Under the pieces are notes generated by a model. The model made no database searches and had not been told where the DNA came from. It saw only the letters and a list, made by a program, of their open reading frames with translations. Below, in pieces: positions 1-9,575 of a DNA stretch of 64,000 bases (its first letter is position 1; every line of letters starts with the position of its first letter). The translations under genes were made by a program, and so were the position numbers. Origin of the DNA: Rhodospirillales bacterium (GTDB taxonomy: Bacteria > Pseudomonadota > Alphaproteobacteria > Rhodospirillales > JANQFP01); NCBI GenBank assembly GCA_028277795.1, contig JANQFP010000252.1:22490-86489 (forward strand), given 5' to 3'.

Positions 1-193
1 CCTGCTCCGCCAGGCCTTCGTGCTGACCCCGGCCGACCGTGATTGCCTCGCGTCCGACGGAATCCTGGGCCACCGGGGGCCAAGCGCCACCGAGGACGGC
101 CTGGACCAAGCCGCCACCCCGGCGCCCCACCAAGAGGCCGCCTGACCTCAAGTCCTGTCGGAAACCGCCGCCGGCGCGGCCGGCGGTGTCGCG

Positions 194-454
194 TTAGTCC
201 GTCGCCGGGCCGGGCCGTCTGTCCGTCTGCGGCGGCTTCAGCGAGGGTGCCAGGCGCCGCCCGGCCGCCTTCAGGCGCTCGCGCGCCGCGGCCATGGTGG
301 CCAGCACGTCATTGACGCCGATCCCGTCGCGCTGCAGCACGGAGCCGAAGATGGGATCGGCAATCAGATCGGCGACAGGCGGCTCCCAGCCACCGAACTG
401 CAGCCGTCGCAACATCGTCATCTCCCCGGGTGTCTTACGCACGTCTCGTGACAC
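194..454 (-). CDS. hypothetical small protein (weak call)
   Basis: 86-aa ORF, co-oriented with and just downstream of the radical-SAM gene. No recognisable motif. Start uncertain (internal ATG at 421). Confidence 0.3.
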   Translation of the reverse strand: MSRDVRKTPGEMTMLRRLQFGGWEPPVADLIADPIFGSVLQRDGIGVNDVLATMAAARERLKAAGRRLAPSLKPPQTDRRPGPATD

Positions 455-528
455 AGTCTACGCCACCCCCACGACACTGCCATGACACCTCGGCGAATCC
501 TCTATGACAGGCATCGACCCCTCCCCCG

Positions 529-1542
529 TCATACCCAAGGGACCGCCGACCGGTCGTCCAGGCGTTGGAGGCCCAGGCCCTTCGCTGCGGCGACGGCCTC
601 CCGGACCTCGACCGCGCTCGGCCGCCGGCCCAGCTCGGGGAACTCGCCGGCCCGATAGCACGGGCGGTACTGGGCCATGATGTTGATATAGGTGCGGGGC
701 GACAGGGCCTCGGCCACGAACCGCAACACCTCGCGGGTCCCGGCCAAACCGTCGGGCAGCACCAAATGACGCAGCAGCACCCCCCGCCGGGCGATGCCGT
801 AATCGTCGACCGACAGGTCGCCCACCTGCCGGTGCATCTCCTTCAGCGCCGCCTGGTTGACCACCACGTAGTCGCGCACCTTGGAATACTTGCGGGCCAC
901 CTCGGGGTCCGCGTACTTGGCGTCGGGCATGTAGATGTCGACGATGCCGTCCAGCAGCGCCAACGCCTCCGGACTGTCGTAGCCGCCGGTGTTGTAGACC
1001 AGCGGCAGCCGCAGGCCGGCGGCGGCCGCAGGCACCAGGGCCTCGATGATCTGCGCCACCACGTGGCTGGGGCTGACGAAGTTGATGTTGTGGCAGCCCC
1101 GGTCCTGCAGGGCCAGCATCATGCCCGCCAGTTCGTCGGGCCCGACCTCGATGCCGTGGCCCTGCCAGCTGATGTCCCAGTTCTGGCAATAGAGGCAGCG
1201 CAGGTTGCACCACGAAAAGAAGATGGTGCCGGAGCCGCGGCGGCCGCTGAGGGGCGCCTCCTCACCGTGGTGGGGGGCGAAGGAGCTGACCACCGCCTTC
1301 TCGCCGGTGCGGCAGACGGCGCCCTCCATACCGGTGGTGCGGTCGACGTGGCAGTACCGGGCGCAGAGGTCGCAATCGCTCAGGCGCTCGCGGGCAAGCC
1401 GAGCCCGCTCGGCCAACTCTCCCGAACGGAAGAGGGCCACGTACCCCGGCTCGAACCCGCCTCGCGGTGCGGCGGATGCGATGTCGGCCGATGGTTCAAA
1501 CACGGTCGCCTCCCGTGGCCGGCGCCCCCACCGTTGGGCCAT
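529..1542 (-). CDS. radical SAM protein (PflX-like activating-enzyme family)
   Basis: CxxxCxxC cluster motif WCNLRCLYCQNW. Long ORF with biased high-GC codon usage. Start set at the internal ATG (MAQRW); the ORF extends to 1629. Confidence 0.8.
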   Translation of the reverse strand: MAQRWGRRPREATVFEPSADIASAAPRGGFEPGYVALFRSGELAERARLARERLSDCDLCARYCHVDRTTGMEGAVCRTGEKAVVSSFAPHHGEEAPLSGRRGSGTIFFSWCNLRCLYCQNWDISWQGHGIEVGPDELAGMMLALQDRGCHNINFVSPSHVVAQIIEALVPAAAAGLRLPLVYNTGGYDSPEALALLDGIVDIYMPDAKYADPEVARKYSKVRDYVVVNQAALKEMHRQVGDLSVDDYGIARRGVLLRHLVLPDGLAGTREVLRFVAEALSPRTYINIMAQYRPCYRAGEFPELGRRPSAVEVREAVAAAKGLGLQRLDDRSAVPWV

Positions 1543-1705
1543 TTTACGTCCGGCCCGATACCGATACCGGCGACGAGCGCCGTCGCTTCGCCACCCCATA
1601 ACGGGAAACCGACAGCGGTCCGCCGTCAAGAAAAATTAACGTTGGGGCCGTAAACCGGTCACGTCGGATCGCTACGATTGCGGCCTACGGACCGCGAGGT
1701 AACCA

Positions 1706-1933
1706 ATGATGTACAACATCGGTGACGTGGTGACCGTGCGCGGCGTCGCTGGGCGGGCCTATACCGCCAAGATCGACTGGGTCGGCATCGACGGCCTGGT
1801 ATACCGCGTGACCCCGACCAACAAGGACGAATGGCCTGGCTGGGTGCTGGCCAAGAACATCGAGGGCGTCACCAGCCGCCGGGTGCCGCCGCCGCCGCGT
1901 CGGGCCACCCCCCAGGGGTTCGGACCGCGTTAG
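1706..1933 (+). CDS. hypothetical small protein
   Basis: 75-aa ORF preceded by a GAGGT Shine-Dalgarno-like sequence. No family recognised. Confidence 0.35.
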   Translation: MMYNIGDVVTVRGVAGRAYTAKIDWVGIDGLVYRVTPTNKDEWPGWVLAKNIEGVTSRRVPPPPRRATPQGFGPR

Positions 1934-1949
1934 ACGCCGCGCCGCTGCC

Positions 1950-4298
1950 TTACTTGCTGGTCGCCACGTAGACGCCGTCCCAGGGCGTGGACGGCGGGTC
2001 GATCTTGTATTCGGCGATGCGTTCGGCGCAGACGTCGTAGAAGCCGGACAGGTTGAAGTCGTTGACCAGGCCCCGACACGCCTCCAGGCTCTTCATGGCG
2101 CCGTCCCAGTCCATCGCCCGGTAGGCGGCCAGCATCTCCTCGTGGGCGCTCTTCAGGGCCTTGAAGGCGTTGCCCTGGGCCACCTGCTCGTCGCCGACCA
2201 CGGTGTAGATACGCACCGCCTCGGTCTTGCCCTTCACCTTGATCAGGTCGAGCTCCAAGGCGGCCAGGTCCGTGCACTGCACATAGGTGTTCTCGCCGAC
2301 GACCAGGTCCACCGCGTAGGTCTTGCACTGGCCCTCGAGGCGCGAGGCCAGGTTCACGTTGTCACCCAGCACCGAGTAGTCGAAGCGCTGGTCCGACCCC
2401 ATGTTGCCGACCACCACGTCGCCCGAGTTGACGCCGATGCCGATCTTCAGGGGGATGTGTTTGCGGCCTTCCGCCTCGGCCTCGGCCTCGATGCGCTGGT
2501 TGAGGGGCTCCATCTCGGCGTTCATGACCAACGCCGAGATGCAGGCGTGGCGGGCATGATTCTCGTCATCCAGGGGCGCATTCCAGAAGGCCATGATGCA
2601 GTCGCCCATGTACTTGTCCACGGTGCCGTGGCGGTCGAGGATGACCTTGGTCAGCGGCGTCAGAAGCTTGTTGATGAGCCGGGTCAGGCCTTCGGCGTCG
2701 AACTGCTCGGAGATGGTGGTGAAGCCGCGCACGTCGCAGAACAGCATGGTCATGTTGCGGGTCTCGCCGCCCAGCTTGAGCTGGTCCGGCTCCTCGGCCA
2801 GCTTCTCCACCATGGCCGGCGCCAGGTAGTGGCCGAAGGCCGTGCGCACCTGGCGTTTCGCCGCCTCTTCCTTGGCGTAGTTCATGTAGGTAAGGAAGGT
2901 GTAGAGCAGCAGGATGCACAGGATGGCGTAGACGGCGTCGAACATGATGCGCTGCTCGGCGAACAGGTACCACGAAGTGGCCCCGGCGCCGCCCGCCGAC
3001 AGGAAGAACAGGAGCATGGTCCACTTGGCCCCGATGCGCGGCACCAGCCAGATCATCAAAAGGCCGCCGACCATGAGGAAGGTCAGTTCGGCGGCGTCGA
3101 TGAAGTTGGGCCGCGCCAGGTAGGCGCCGGTGACCGCGGCCTCGATGAGCTGGGCATGGACCTCGACCCCGGGGATGACCCGGTCCACCGGCGTGGCCCG
3201 GATATCCAGCAGCCCGACGGCGGAGGTGCCGAGGATGGTCAGCTTGCCCTTGATCTTGGCCGGGTCCGCGGTGCCGGCCAGGACGTCGCGGGCGGGCACG
3301 TACTTCTCCTTGTCGGACTTGGAGAAATAGGGCCACACACGGCCGTTGCGGTCGGTGGGGATCTTGAGGCCGCGGGCGATGCCGATGGCGTTGACCCCGG
3401 CCGCATTGGTCTCCACCAGGATGTTGGAGCGCCCGGTGGCCACCCGCAGCATCTCCACGCTCAAGGACGGATAGAGGTCTTCGTTGAAGACGAACAGGGA
3501 CGGCACCCGGCGCACGATGCCGTCGGGCTCGGGCACCAGGGAGAAGATGCCGTGGCCGGTGGCCTCCTTCTCGAACACCCGGACGTTGCGCACCAGGGCC
3601 TGGAAGGTGGGCAGGTACCGTTGCGGCTTGGGCCCCTTGAGGGCCACCGTGCGCTTGACCGGCGGCTCGCTCTGGGATTCCAGGGCCTCCCAGTAGCCGG
3701 CCTGGCCCAGCACCACGCGGCTGCCCTTGACCACCTTGGCGAAGAACTCGTCGTTGCTGGGCAGGCTCCTCAGCTTCTCCTTGGTCTCGTCGTCGAGGCC
3801 GTAGACGGACTCCGCGATGTCTTCCGGATTCATCCGGTCGGGTTCGGGAAACACGACGTCGAAGGCCACCAGCACGGCGCCCATCTGCATCAGGTTCTGC
3901 ACCATCTGGCCGACGATGTTGCGCGGCCATGGCCATTGCCCGACCTCGGCCAGGCTTTCCTCGTCCAGGTCGATGATGGTGACCGGCCGGTGGGTGACCT
4001 CGCGCGGCTTGACCTTCTGATAGACGTCGAAGGTCTTCACCCGCAACAGCTCGACCGGATAGGGGTCGGTGACGTAGAGGACCATGAACATGATCAGGAG
4101 CAGCAGGCCGAGAACCCGGTCCAGGCTGAAGGCGCCGCGCCACCAGGCCTTGCGGCTGGGCCGCTTGCCGCCACCCTTGCCGCCCCGGCGGAAACGGCCG
4201 AACAGGCCGGCCGACGGGGACGGCTTTTCCGGCTCGGAGGCCGGGCTCGCCTCGGCGGTCCGCAGGGCGGCCGCCGCGTCCTGACCGTCGCTGCTCAT
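1950..4298 (-). CDS. CHASE2 sensor domain-containing class III adenylate/guanylate cyclase
   Basis: N-terminal TM segment plus a large periplasmic CHASE2-like region, a block of TM helices, then a cyclase catalytic core (FCDVRGFTTISE ... KYMGDCIMAFWNAP ... GDNVNLASRLE). Start at ATG 4298, preceded by GGGAG. Confidence 0.85.
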   Translation of the reverse strand: MSSDGQDAAAALRTAEASPASEPEKPSPSAGLFGRFRRGGKGGGKRPSRKAWWRGAFSLDRVLGLLLLIMFMVLYVTDPYPVELLRVKTFDVYQKVKPREVTHRPVTIIDLDEESLAEVGQWPWPRNIVGQMVQNLMQMGAVLVAFDVVFPEPDRMNPEDIAESVYGLDDETKEKLRSLPSNDEFFAKVVKGSRVVLGQAGYWEALESQSEPPVKRTVALKGPKPQRYLPTFQALVRNVRVFEKEATGHGIFSLVPEPDGIVRRVPSLFVFNEDLYPSLSVEMLRVATGRSNILVETNAAGVNAIGIARGLKIPTDRNGRVWPYFSKSDKEKYVPARDVLAGTADPAKIKGKLTILGTSAVGLLDIRATPVDRVIPGVEVHAQLIEAAVTGAYLARPNFIDAAELTFLMVGGLLMIWLVPRIGAKWTMLLFFLSAGGAGATSWYLFAEQRIMFDAVYAILCILLLYTFLTYMNYAKEEAAKRQVRTAFGHYLAPAMVEKLAEEPDQLKLGGETRNMTMLFCDVRGFTTISEQFDAEGLTRLINKLLTPLTKVILDRHGTVDKYMGDCIMAFWNAPLDDENHARHACISALVMNAEMEPLNQRIEAEAEAEGRKHIPLKIGIGVNSGDVVVGNMGSDQRFDYSVLGDNVNLASRLEGQCKTYAVDLVVGENTYVQCTDLAALELDLIKVKGKTEAVRIYTVVGDEQVAQGNAFKALKSAHEEMLAAYRAMDWDGAMKSLEACRGLVNDFNLSGFYDVCAERIAEYKIDPPSTPWDGVYVATSK

Positions 4299-4486
4299 GG
4301 CACACTCCCGCGTTCGCATTAGCTTGACCGCCAGCGGCCGACCCGGTCAAGCCGTAATTGGCCGGCCCCCGGCACCGGGCGAACTACAATCATTCTCTGG
4401 CCACCCCGCGCGGCGCCGCGTATAGTCGGGCGGAATCCGGCAACCGAACGGCCGACCGATGCCGTTGGATCGGTCGATTTCGTTTG

Positions 4487-6436
4487 ATGAGTGCTCCCTC
4501 CCCCCGCGCCTGGCTCCAAACCTTCCTCAAGCCCCTCGCACCGACGTTCCGCGAAGTGGTCGTCATGTCGCTGTTCGTCAACCTGCTGGCGCTGGCGGTG
4601 CCGGTGTTCGTGCTGCAGGTCTACGACCGGGTCGTGTTTCATGCCGGCATCAGCACCCTGCAGGGGCTGGTGGTGGGCATGATCCTGGTGCTGGTGTTCG
4701 ACTACGTCCTGCGCCAGGCGCGGGCGCGGGTCATGCAGACGGTGGCGTTGCGCGTCGACGTGCTGATCGGGCGGCGCCTGTTCGACAAGGTGGTGGCCTT
4801 GCCGCTGCACGTGCTGGAAGGCAAGCCGGCGGCCCACTGGCAGTCCCTGTTCCGCGACGTGGACGTGGTCCGCAACACCCTGTCCGGGGCGTCGGCCCTG
4901 CTCATCGCCGACCTGCCCTTCGTGGTGCTGTTCCTGGTGCTGGTCTTTCTCATCGCCGCCCCCATCGCCTGGGTGCTGCTGATCATCCTGCCGGTGTTCA
5001 TGTTCGTCGCCTGGCGCTCCGGCAACGTGATGGCGGCGGCCAACCGGGCGGAACGCAATTCGACCAGTTCCCGCGATGCCCTGGTCGCCGAGATGATCAC
5101 CGGCCGCACCACCATCAAGGCCCTGGCCCTGGACCGGGCCATGCGTCCGGTGTGGGAAGCCAAGCACGCCGACAACATCGAACAGGCCATCCTGCGCGGC
5201 GCCCGCACCGACGGCTATTCCAACCTGGGCACCTCGCTGACCATGGTGTCGTCGCTGGCGCTGACCACCGTCGGCGCCGTCGCCATCATCAATCAGCAAC
5301 TGACCATCGGCGCGCTGATCGCCACCAACATGCTGAGCGGCCGCCTGCTCGGCCCCCTCAACCAGCTCGTCGCCCAGTGGCGCACCTACTCCAGTTTCCG
5401 TGAAGCCGTGGCCCGCCTCGGCGAGCTGTTCGACGCTCCCGAGGAACGGCAGGTGAGCGAGATCGAGATGGGTCGGCCGAAGGGCGAGATCGAGGTCGAG
5501 GACGTCTCGTTCACCTATGCCGAGGACCTGCCCCTGGTGGTCGACAACGTGCGCATGACCATCCCGGCCGGCGGCATCCACGCCCTGGTCGGCCGCAACG
5601 GCAGCGGCAAGACGACCCTGCTAAAGCTGATCCAGGGGCTGTACGGGCCGACCAAGGGCCGGGTGCTGCTGGACGGCGCCGACCTCGCCCAGTTCTCCCG
5701 CGGGCAACTGGCCACGTGGATGGGCTACGTGCCCCAGGAGTGCGTGCTGTTCGCCGGCAGCCTGCGCGACAACATCGCCCACCGCATGCCCGAGGCCAGC
5801 GACGACGACATCATCCGCGCCGCCACCGCGGCCGGCGTCCACCGCTTCATCATCGACCTTCCGGACGGCTACGGCAGCGACATCGGCGAGGCCGGCCAGC
5901 GGCTGTCGGGCGGGCAACGCCAGCGCATCGCCATCGCCCGGGCCCTGGTCGGCGACCCGCCGGTGCTGCTGTTGGACGAGCCGTCGTCGAGCCTGGACCG
6001 GCAGGCCGAGAACGAGCTGCGCAAGACCCTGATCGACATCGCCAAGGAGCGCACGGTGGTCATGGTGACCCACAGCCCGGCCCTGCTGTCCATCTGCCAC
6101 GACCTGGTGGCGCTGGACAAAGGCAAGATCGCCCTCGCCGGCCCGGCCAACGAGATCCTGCCGCGCCTGTTCGGCTCCCAGCGGCCGCGCGCCGATTCCA
6201 ACGAGCGCCGCCAGGGTGACCGCCGCGAGGGCGACCGCCGGAGCAACCCCGACGGCGTCCCGCCGCCGGAGGGCGAACGGCGGCAACAGGCCGACCGCCG
6301 CACGCCGACGCCTCCCAAGGCGCCGGCCGGGGCCGCTTCGTCGGCGGCCCCGGCAACGGCCCCGGCGGCCGCCGCGCCCGCCGCCGCGGCGGCAGCGGCC
6401 TCCCCGGCGGCGGCCGGAATGGATGGCAGCAAATGA
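4487..6436 (+). CDS. type I secretion system permease/ATPase (PrtD/HasD-like; no C39 peptidase domain) with low-complexity C-terminal tail
   Basis: N-terminal 6-TM ABC exporter domain. Walker A GRNGSGKTT, signature LSGGQRQR, Walker B VLLLDEPSS. Stop overlaps the downstream HlyD start (ATGA). Confidence 0.85.
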   Translation: MSAPSPRAWLQTFLKPLAPTFREVVVMSLFVNLLALAVPVFVLQVYDRVVFHAGISTLQGLVVGMILVLVFDYVLRQARARVMQTVALRVDVLIGRRLFDKVVALPLHVLEGKPAAHWQSLFRDVDVVRNTLSGASALLIADLPFVVLFLVLVFLIAAPIAWVLLIILPVFMFVAWRSGNVMAAANRAERNSTSSRDALVAEMITGRTTIKALALDRAMRPVWEAKHADNIEQAILRGARTDGYSNLGTSLTMVSSLALTTVGAVAIINQQLTIGALIATNMLSGRLLGPLNQLVAQWRTYSSFREAVARLGELFDAPEERQVSEIEMGRPKGEIEVEDVSFTYAEDLPLVVDNVRMTIPAGGIHALVGRNGSGKTTLLKLIQGLYGPTKGRVLLDGADLAQFSRGQLATWMGYVPQECVLFAGSLRDNIAHRMPEASDDDIIRAATAAGVHRFIIDLPDGYGSDIGEAGQRLSGGQRQRIAIARALVGDPPVLLLDEPSSSLDRQAENELRKTLIDIAKERTVVMVTHSPALLSICHDLVALDKGKIALAGPANEILPRLFGSQRPRADSNERRQGDRREGDRRSNPDGVPPPEGERRQQADRRTPTPPKAPAGAASSAAPATAPAAAAPAAAAAAASPAAAGMDGSK

Positions 6437-7767
6437 CTACCCAAACCGCCGCACCGGCGCCCGAGACGCCACCGACCAATCCCCTCGACGACCTGATGAC
6501 CCGCCATCCGCTGCCCACCTGGCGGCTGCTGGCGTGGCCGGTCATGATCCTGCTCGCCCTCCTGGTGGTGTGGGCCAACTTCGTCGAACTCGACGAGGTT
6601 TCGGTAGCCACCGGCGAGGTGGTGCCGAGCGGGCGGTTGAAGGTCATCCAGCACCTGGAGGGCGGCATCGTCGAGGCCATCCACGTGGCCGAGGGCGACG
6701 TGGTCGCCGCCGGCGACCCCCTGATCCAGCTCGACCTGGCCACTTCGGGAGTCAACCGCGAGGAGCTCCAGGTGCGCCTCGACGGCCGCCTACTGGCACG
6801 GGCGCGGCTGCGGGCCGAGGCCAGCGGCAAGGCGTTGTCCCTGCCGGAGGACGTGGCCGCCCGCCGTCCCCCCCAGGCCGCCGCCGAACGCAAGGCGTTC
6901 GACGCGCGCAAGCGGGAGCTGACCAGCACGCTCGGCGTGCTGCGCGGCCAGGTGCGGCAGAAGGAGCTGGAGACCGAGGAGCTGGGGTCGCGCAAGCGCT
7001 CCGTCGAGAAAAACCTCGAGCTGGCCCGCGAACGGCTGAAGCTTTCGGCCTCGCTGCTGGCCGACGGGCTGGTGCCGCGCATGGAGCACCTGCAACTGGA
7101 AGCCGAGGTGGAGGACCTGGAGGGCGAGCTGCAGGGCCTGGTGTCGAGCATCCCGCGGGCTCAGGCCGCCGTGGCCGAGGCGCGGGAGCGGGTGCGCGAG
7201 GGCGAGATCCGTTTCCGCCGCGAGGCCCAGGAGGAGCTGGGCAAGACCCAGCAGGCCATCGCCCAGATCGAGGAGCTGCTGGCCGAGGCCACCGAGCAGC
7301 GGGTGCGGGCCGAGATCAAGAGTCCCATCGACGGCGTGGTCAAGAACCTGCGCTTCAACACCATCGGCGGCGTGATCTCGCCCGGCGAGGCGATCATGGA
7401 GATCGTGCCCACCGGCGACCGCCTGGTCGTCGAGGCCAAGCTCAACCCCACCGACCGCGGCTACGTCCAGGTGGGCCAGGAGGCCGTGGTCAAGGTGACC
7501 ACCTACGATTTCGTCCGCTACGGCGGCCTCGACGGCGAGGTCATCCTGGTCGCTCCCGATTCGAGCACCGACCCCAACACCGGCGCGCCCTACTTCCGGG
7601 TCGTCGTCGAGACCGACAAGACCTACTTGGGCGACGAGGTAGGGCGGCTGCCCATCACGCCCGGCATGCAGGCCACGGTCGACATCCACACCGGCGAGAA
7701 GTCGGTCACCGACTATCTGATCCGGCCGGTGCTCAAGATGCGCCACGAGGCGTTCCGCGAGCGCTGA
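6433..7767 (+). CDS. HlyD-family type I secretion membrane fusion protein
   Basis: Single N-terminal TM, a long coiled-coil region, and C-terminal beta-barrel motifs typical of HlyD/PrtE. Translationally coupled to the ABC gene. Confidence 0.85.
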   Translation: MTTQTAAPAPETPPTNPLDDLMTRHPLPTWRLLAWPVMILLALLVVWANFVELDEVSVATGEVVPSGRLKVIQHLEGGIVEAIHVAEGDVVAAGDPLIQLDLATSGVNREELQVRLDGRLLARARLRAEASGKALSLPEDVAARRPPQAAAERKAFDARKRELTSTLGVLRGQVRQKELETEELGSRKRSVEKNLELARERLKLSASLLADGLVPRMEHLQLEAEVEDLEGELQGLVSSIPRAQAAVAEARERVREGEIRFRREAQEELGKTQQAIAQIEELLAEATEQRVRAEIKSPIDGVVKNLRFNTIGGVISPGEAIMEIVPTGDRLVVEAKLNPTDRGYVQVGQEAVVKVTTYDFVRYGGLDGEVILVAPDSSTDPNTGAPYFRVVVETDKTYLGDEVGRLPITPGMQATVDIHTGEKSVTDYLIRPVLKMRHEAFRER

Positions 7768-7947
7768 TCCCGGCGTGCCGACGGCATTTCAAGAACTTAT
7801 TATTTTTCAATCCTTGCTGTATAACACTTGGGGTGTGGGTTGATCCCGGCACACCGACCGGGTGACACGCGGCCATGTGGGCCGGAGCGCTGTCGCGGTG
7901 GTGCCGGCCGGGCCCGGGGGAAGCGGCTGCGAGGAGCAGGGTGACGG

Positions 7948-8742
7948 ATGTCCATTGCGACGATTCTCGGCGTGGTGGCCGCCTTCGCGTTGTTCGTCGG
8001 AGCGATCATCTACAGCACCGACAACTACTGGGTCTTCCTCAGCCTGCCCAGCTTCATCATGGTCGTCGGCGGCACCATGGCGGCGACCTTCATCTCGTAC
8101 GAGCCACGGTACGTCCTGCTGTCGCTGAAGCTGATCTGGCGCATCGTGTTCTCGCCCAAGGTCAGCCGCAATGTGCTCAAGTCCGAGGTCGGGCGGGTCA
8201 TCCGCTGGGCCTACACGGTGCAGAAGAGCGGCATCCCGGCCCTGGAGACCGAATCCAAGAAGGCGGTGCGCGGCGACCGCTTCCTGCGCTTCGGCATCGA
8301 CATGGTGGTCAGCGGCTACAACGGCGAGGAAGTCCGCGAGATCATGACCAACACCATCGAGACCACCTTCGTGCGCAACACCGTGCAGGTGGCCATCCTC
8401 AAGGCCATGGGCGCCGCCTCGCCGGCGTTCGGCATGATCGGCACCCTGGTCGGCCTGATCATCATGCTGGGCAAGATGGGCGAGGACCCGACCCAGCTCG
8501 GTCCGGGCCTGGCGGTGGCCCTGCTGACCACGCTGTACGGCGTGCTGTTCGCCCGCCTGGTCTACCTGCCGGCGGCGAGCAAGATTCTGCAGCGCGAGGA
8601 GATCGTGCGATTCCGCAACTACCTCGTGGCCGAGGGGCTGGCGCTGCTGGCGGACCGCAAGAGTCCCCGCTACATCCAGGACAAGATGAACAGCTACCTG
8701 GATCCCTCCATCCACTTCAACATCGACAAGATGAAACGGTAG
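7948..8742 (+). CDS. motA: MotA/PomA-type stator proton-channel protein (MotA/TolQ/ExbB family)
   Basis: 264 aa with four TM segments and the conserved C-terminal channel region (GPGLAVALLTTLYGVLFARL). Confidence 0.8.
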   Translation: MSIATILGVVAAFALFVGAIIYSTDNYWVFLSLPSFIMVVGGTMAATFISYEPRYVLLSLKLIWRIVFSPKVSRNVLKSEVGRVIRWAYTVQKSGIPALETESKKAVRGDRFLRFGIDMVVSGYNGEEVREIMTNTIETTFVRNTVQVAILKAMGAASPAFGMIGTLVGLIIMLGKMGEDPTQLGPGLAVALLTTLYGVLFARLVYLPAASKILQREEIVRFRNYLVAEGLALLADRKSPRYIQDKMNSYLDPSIHFNIDKMKR

Positions 8743-8775
8743 CCGCCCGGACGAGGCGACGAGGACACGGGACCG

Positions 8776-9570
8776 ATGGCCGCGCCCAACTGGAAGAAGA
8801 AACCGCCCGAGGACGAACCCGAGGACTGGCTGGTCACCTACGCCGACGCCATCACCCTGCTGATGGCGTTCTTCGTCATGCTGGTCTCGTTCTCCAAGAT
8901 CGACATCCCGCTCTACGAAAAGGTGGCGGCGGGGATCAGCGAGGAGATCGGCAAGCAGGACCATCAGGCCAGTCCCACCGAGCTCCTCAAGATCGACCTT
9001 CAGGACGTGGTCTACACCCTGGAGGCCGACGAGGTGGTGGAGGTGGACACCGACGAAAAGGGCATCGTGCTCGAACTGGCCAGCTCGGCCTTCTACAAGC
9101 CGGGCTCGGCGGACATCCGCGACGAGGCCTTTCCGGTGCTGGCCAAGATGGCGCAGGCCCTGTCGGCGCCGCGCTACCGCAACTACGTCATCGAGGTGGA
9201 AGGCCACACCGACGACGACCCCATCAGCACCTTCCAGTTCCCCTCCAACTGGGAGCTGTCGTCCGGGCGCGCGACGCGGGTGGTCCGCTTCTTCATCTCC
9301 CAGGGCATCGAGCCGAGCCGCCTCAAGGCCGCCGGCTTTGCCGAGACCCGCCCCAAGGTGCCCAACCGCACGGCCGACGGGGCGCCGATCCCCGATAACC
9401 AGGCCGAGAACCGCCGCGTGGTGGTGCGCGCCTACCCCATGTCCCTCGAGGAACGGGAGGAGCAGATGCGCTTCATGGGGATCGAGGAGTTCGTGTCCGG
9501 CGACGCAGAGCGCGCGCCGCGGACCCCCGACTTCATGCCGCGCGGCCAGGGCGTGCGTACGACCCGCTGA
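8776..9570 (+). CDS. motB: MotB-type stator protein with OmpA-like peptidoglycan-binding domain
   Basis: N-terminal WLVTYADAITLLMAFFVML (contains the conserved channel Asp). C-terminal OmpA/MotB domain (GHTDDDPI ... NRRVVV). Confidence 0.8.
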   Translation: MAAPNWKKKPPEDEPEDWLVTYADAITLLMAFFVMLVSFSKIDIPLYEKVAAGISEEIGKQDHQASPTELLKIDLQDVVYTLEADEVVEVDTDEKGIVLELASSAFYKPGSADIRDEAFPVLAKMAQALSAPRYRNYVIEVEGHTDDDPISTFQFPSNWELSSGRATRVVRFFISQGIEPSRLKAAGFAETRPKVPNRTADGAPIPDNQAENRRVVVRAYPMSLEEREEQMRFMGIEEFVSGDAERAPRTPDFMPRGQGVRTTR

Positions 9571-9575
9571 TACCC

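Noticed and set aside
565-1653. 362-aa plus-strand ORF antisense to the radical-SAM gene (and the 251-aa ORF at 458-1213)
   Set aside because: These are typical high-G+C shadow ORFs. The translations are Arg/Gly/Ala/Pro-rich low-complexity sequence with no motifs, and they lie entirely inside a gene that has a clear CxxxCxxC motif on the other strand or frame.
2142-4350. 726-aa plus-strand and 594-aa alternative-frame ORFs overlapping the CHASE2 cyclase
   Set aside because: Their composition (Gly/Arg/Pro/His runs) and lack of domains indicate frame shadows. The cyclase frame has convincing catalytic motifs.
7768-7947. AT-rich patch (aagaacttattatttttcaatccttgctgtataac) upstream of motA as a sigma-54 or sigma-28 promoter
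   Set aside because: There is no GG-N10-GC spacing and no TAAA-N15-GCCGATAA match. At best there is a weak sigma-70-like -10 (TATAAC). This is not enough to call.
7948-9570. MotA/MotB pair as a Zorya-type anti-phage system
   Set aside because: ZorA proteins carry a long C-terminal tail and are accompanied by ZorC/ZorD or ZorE. Here both proteins are of ordinary stator size (264 aa each), and no such partners are present.
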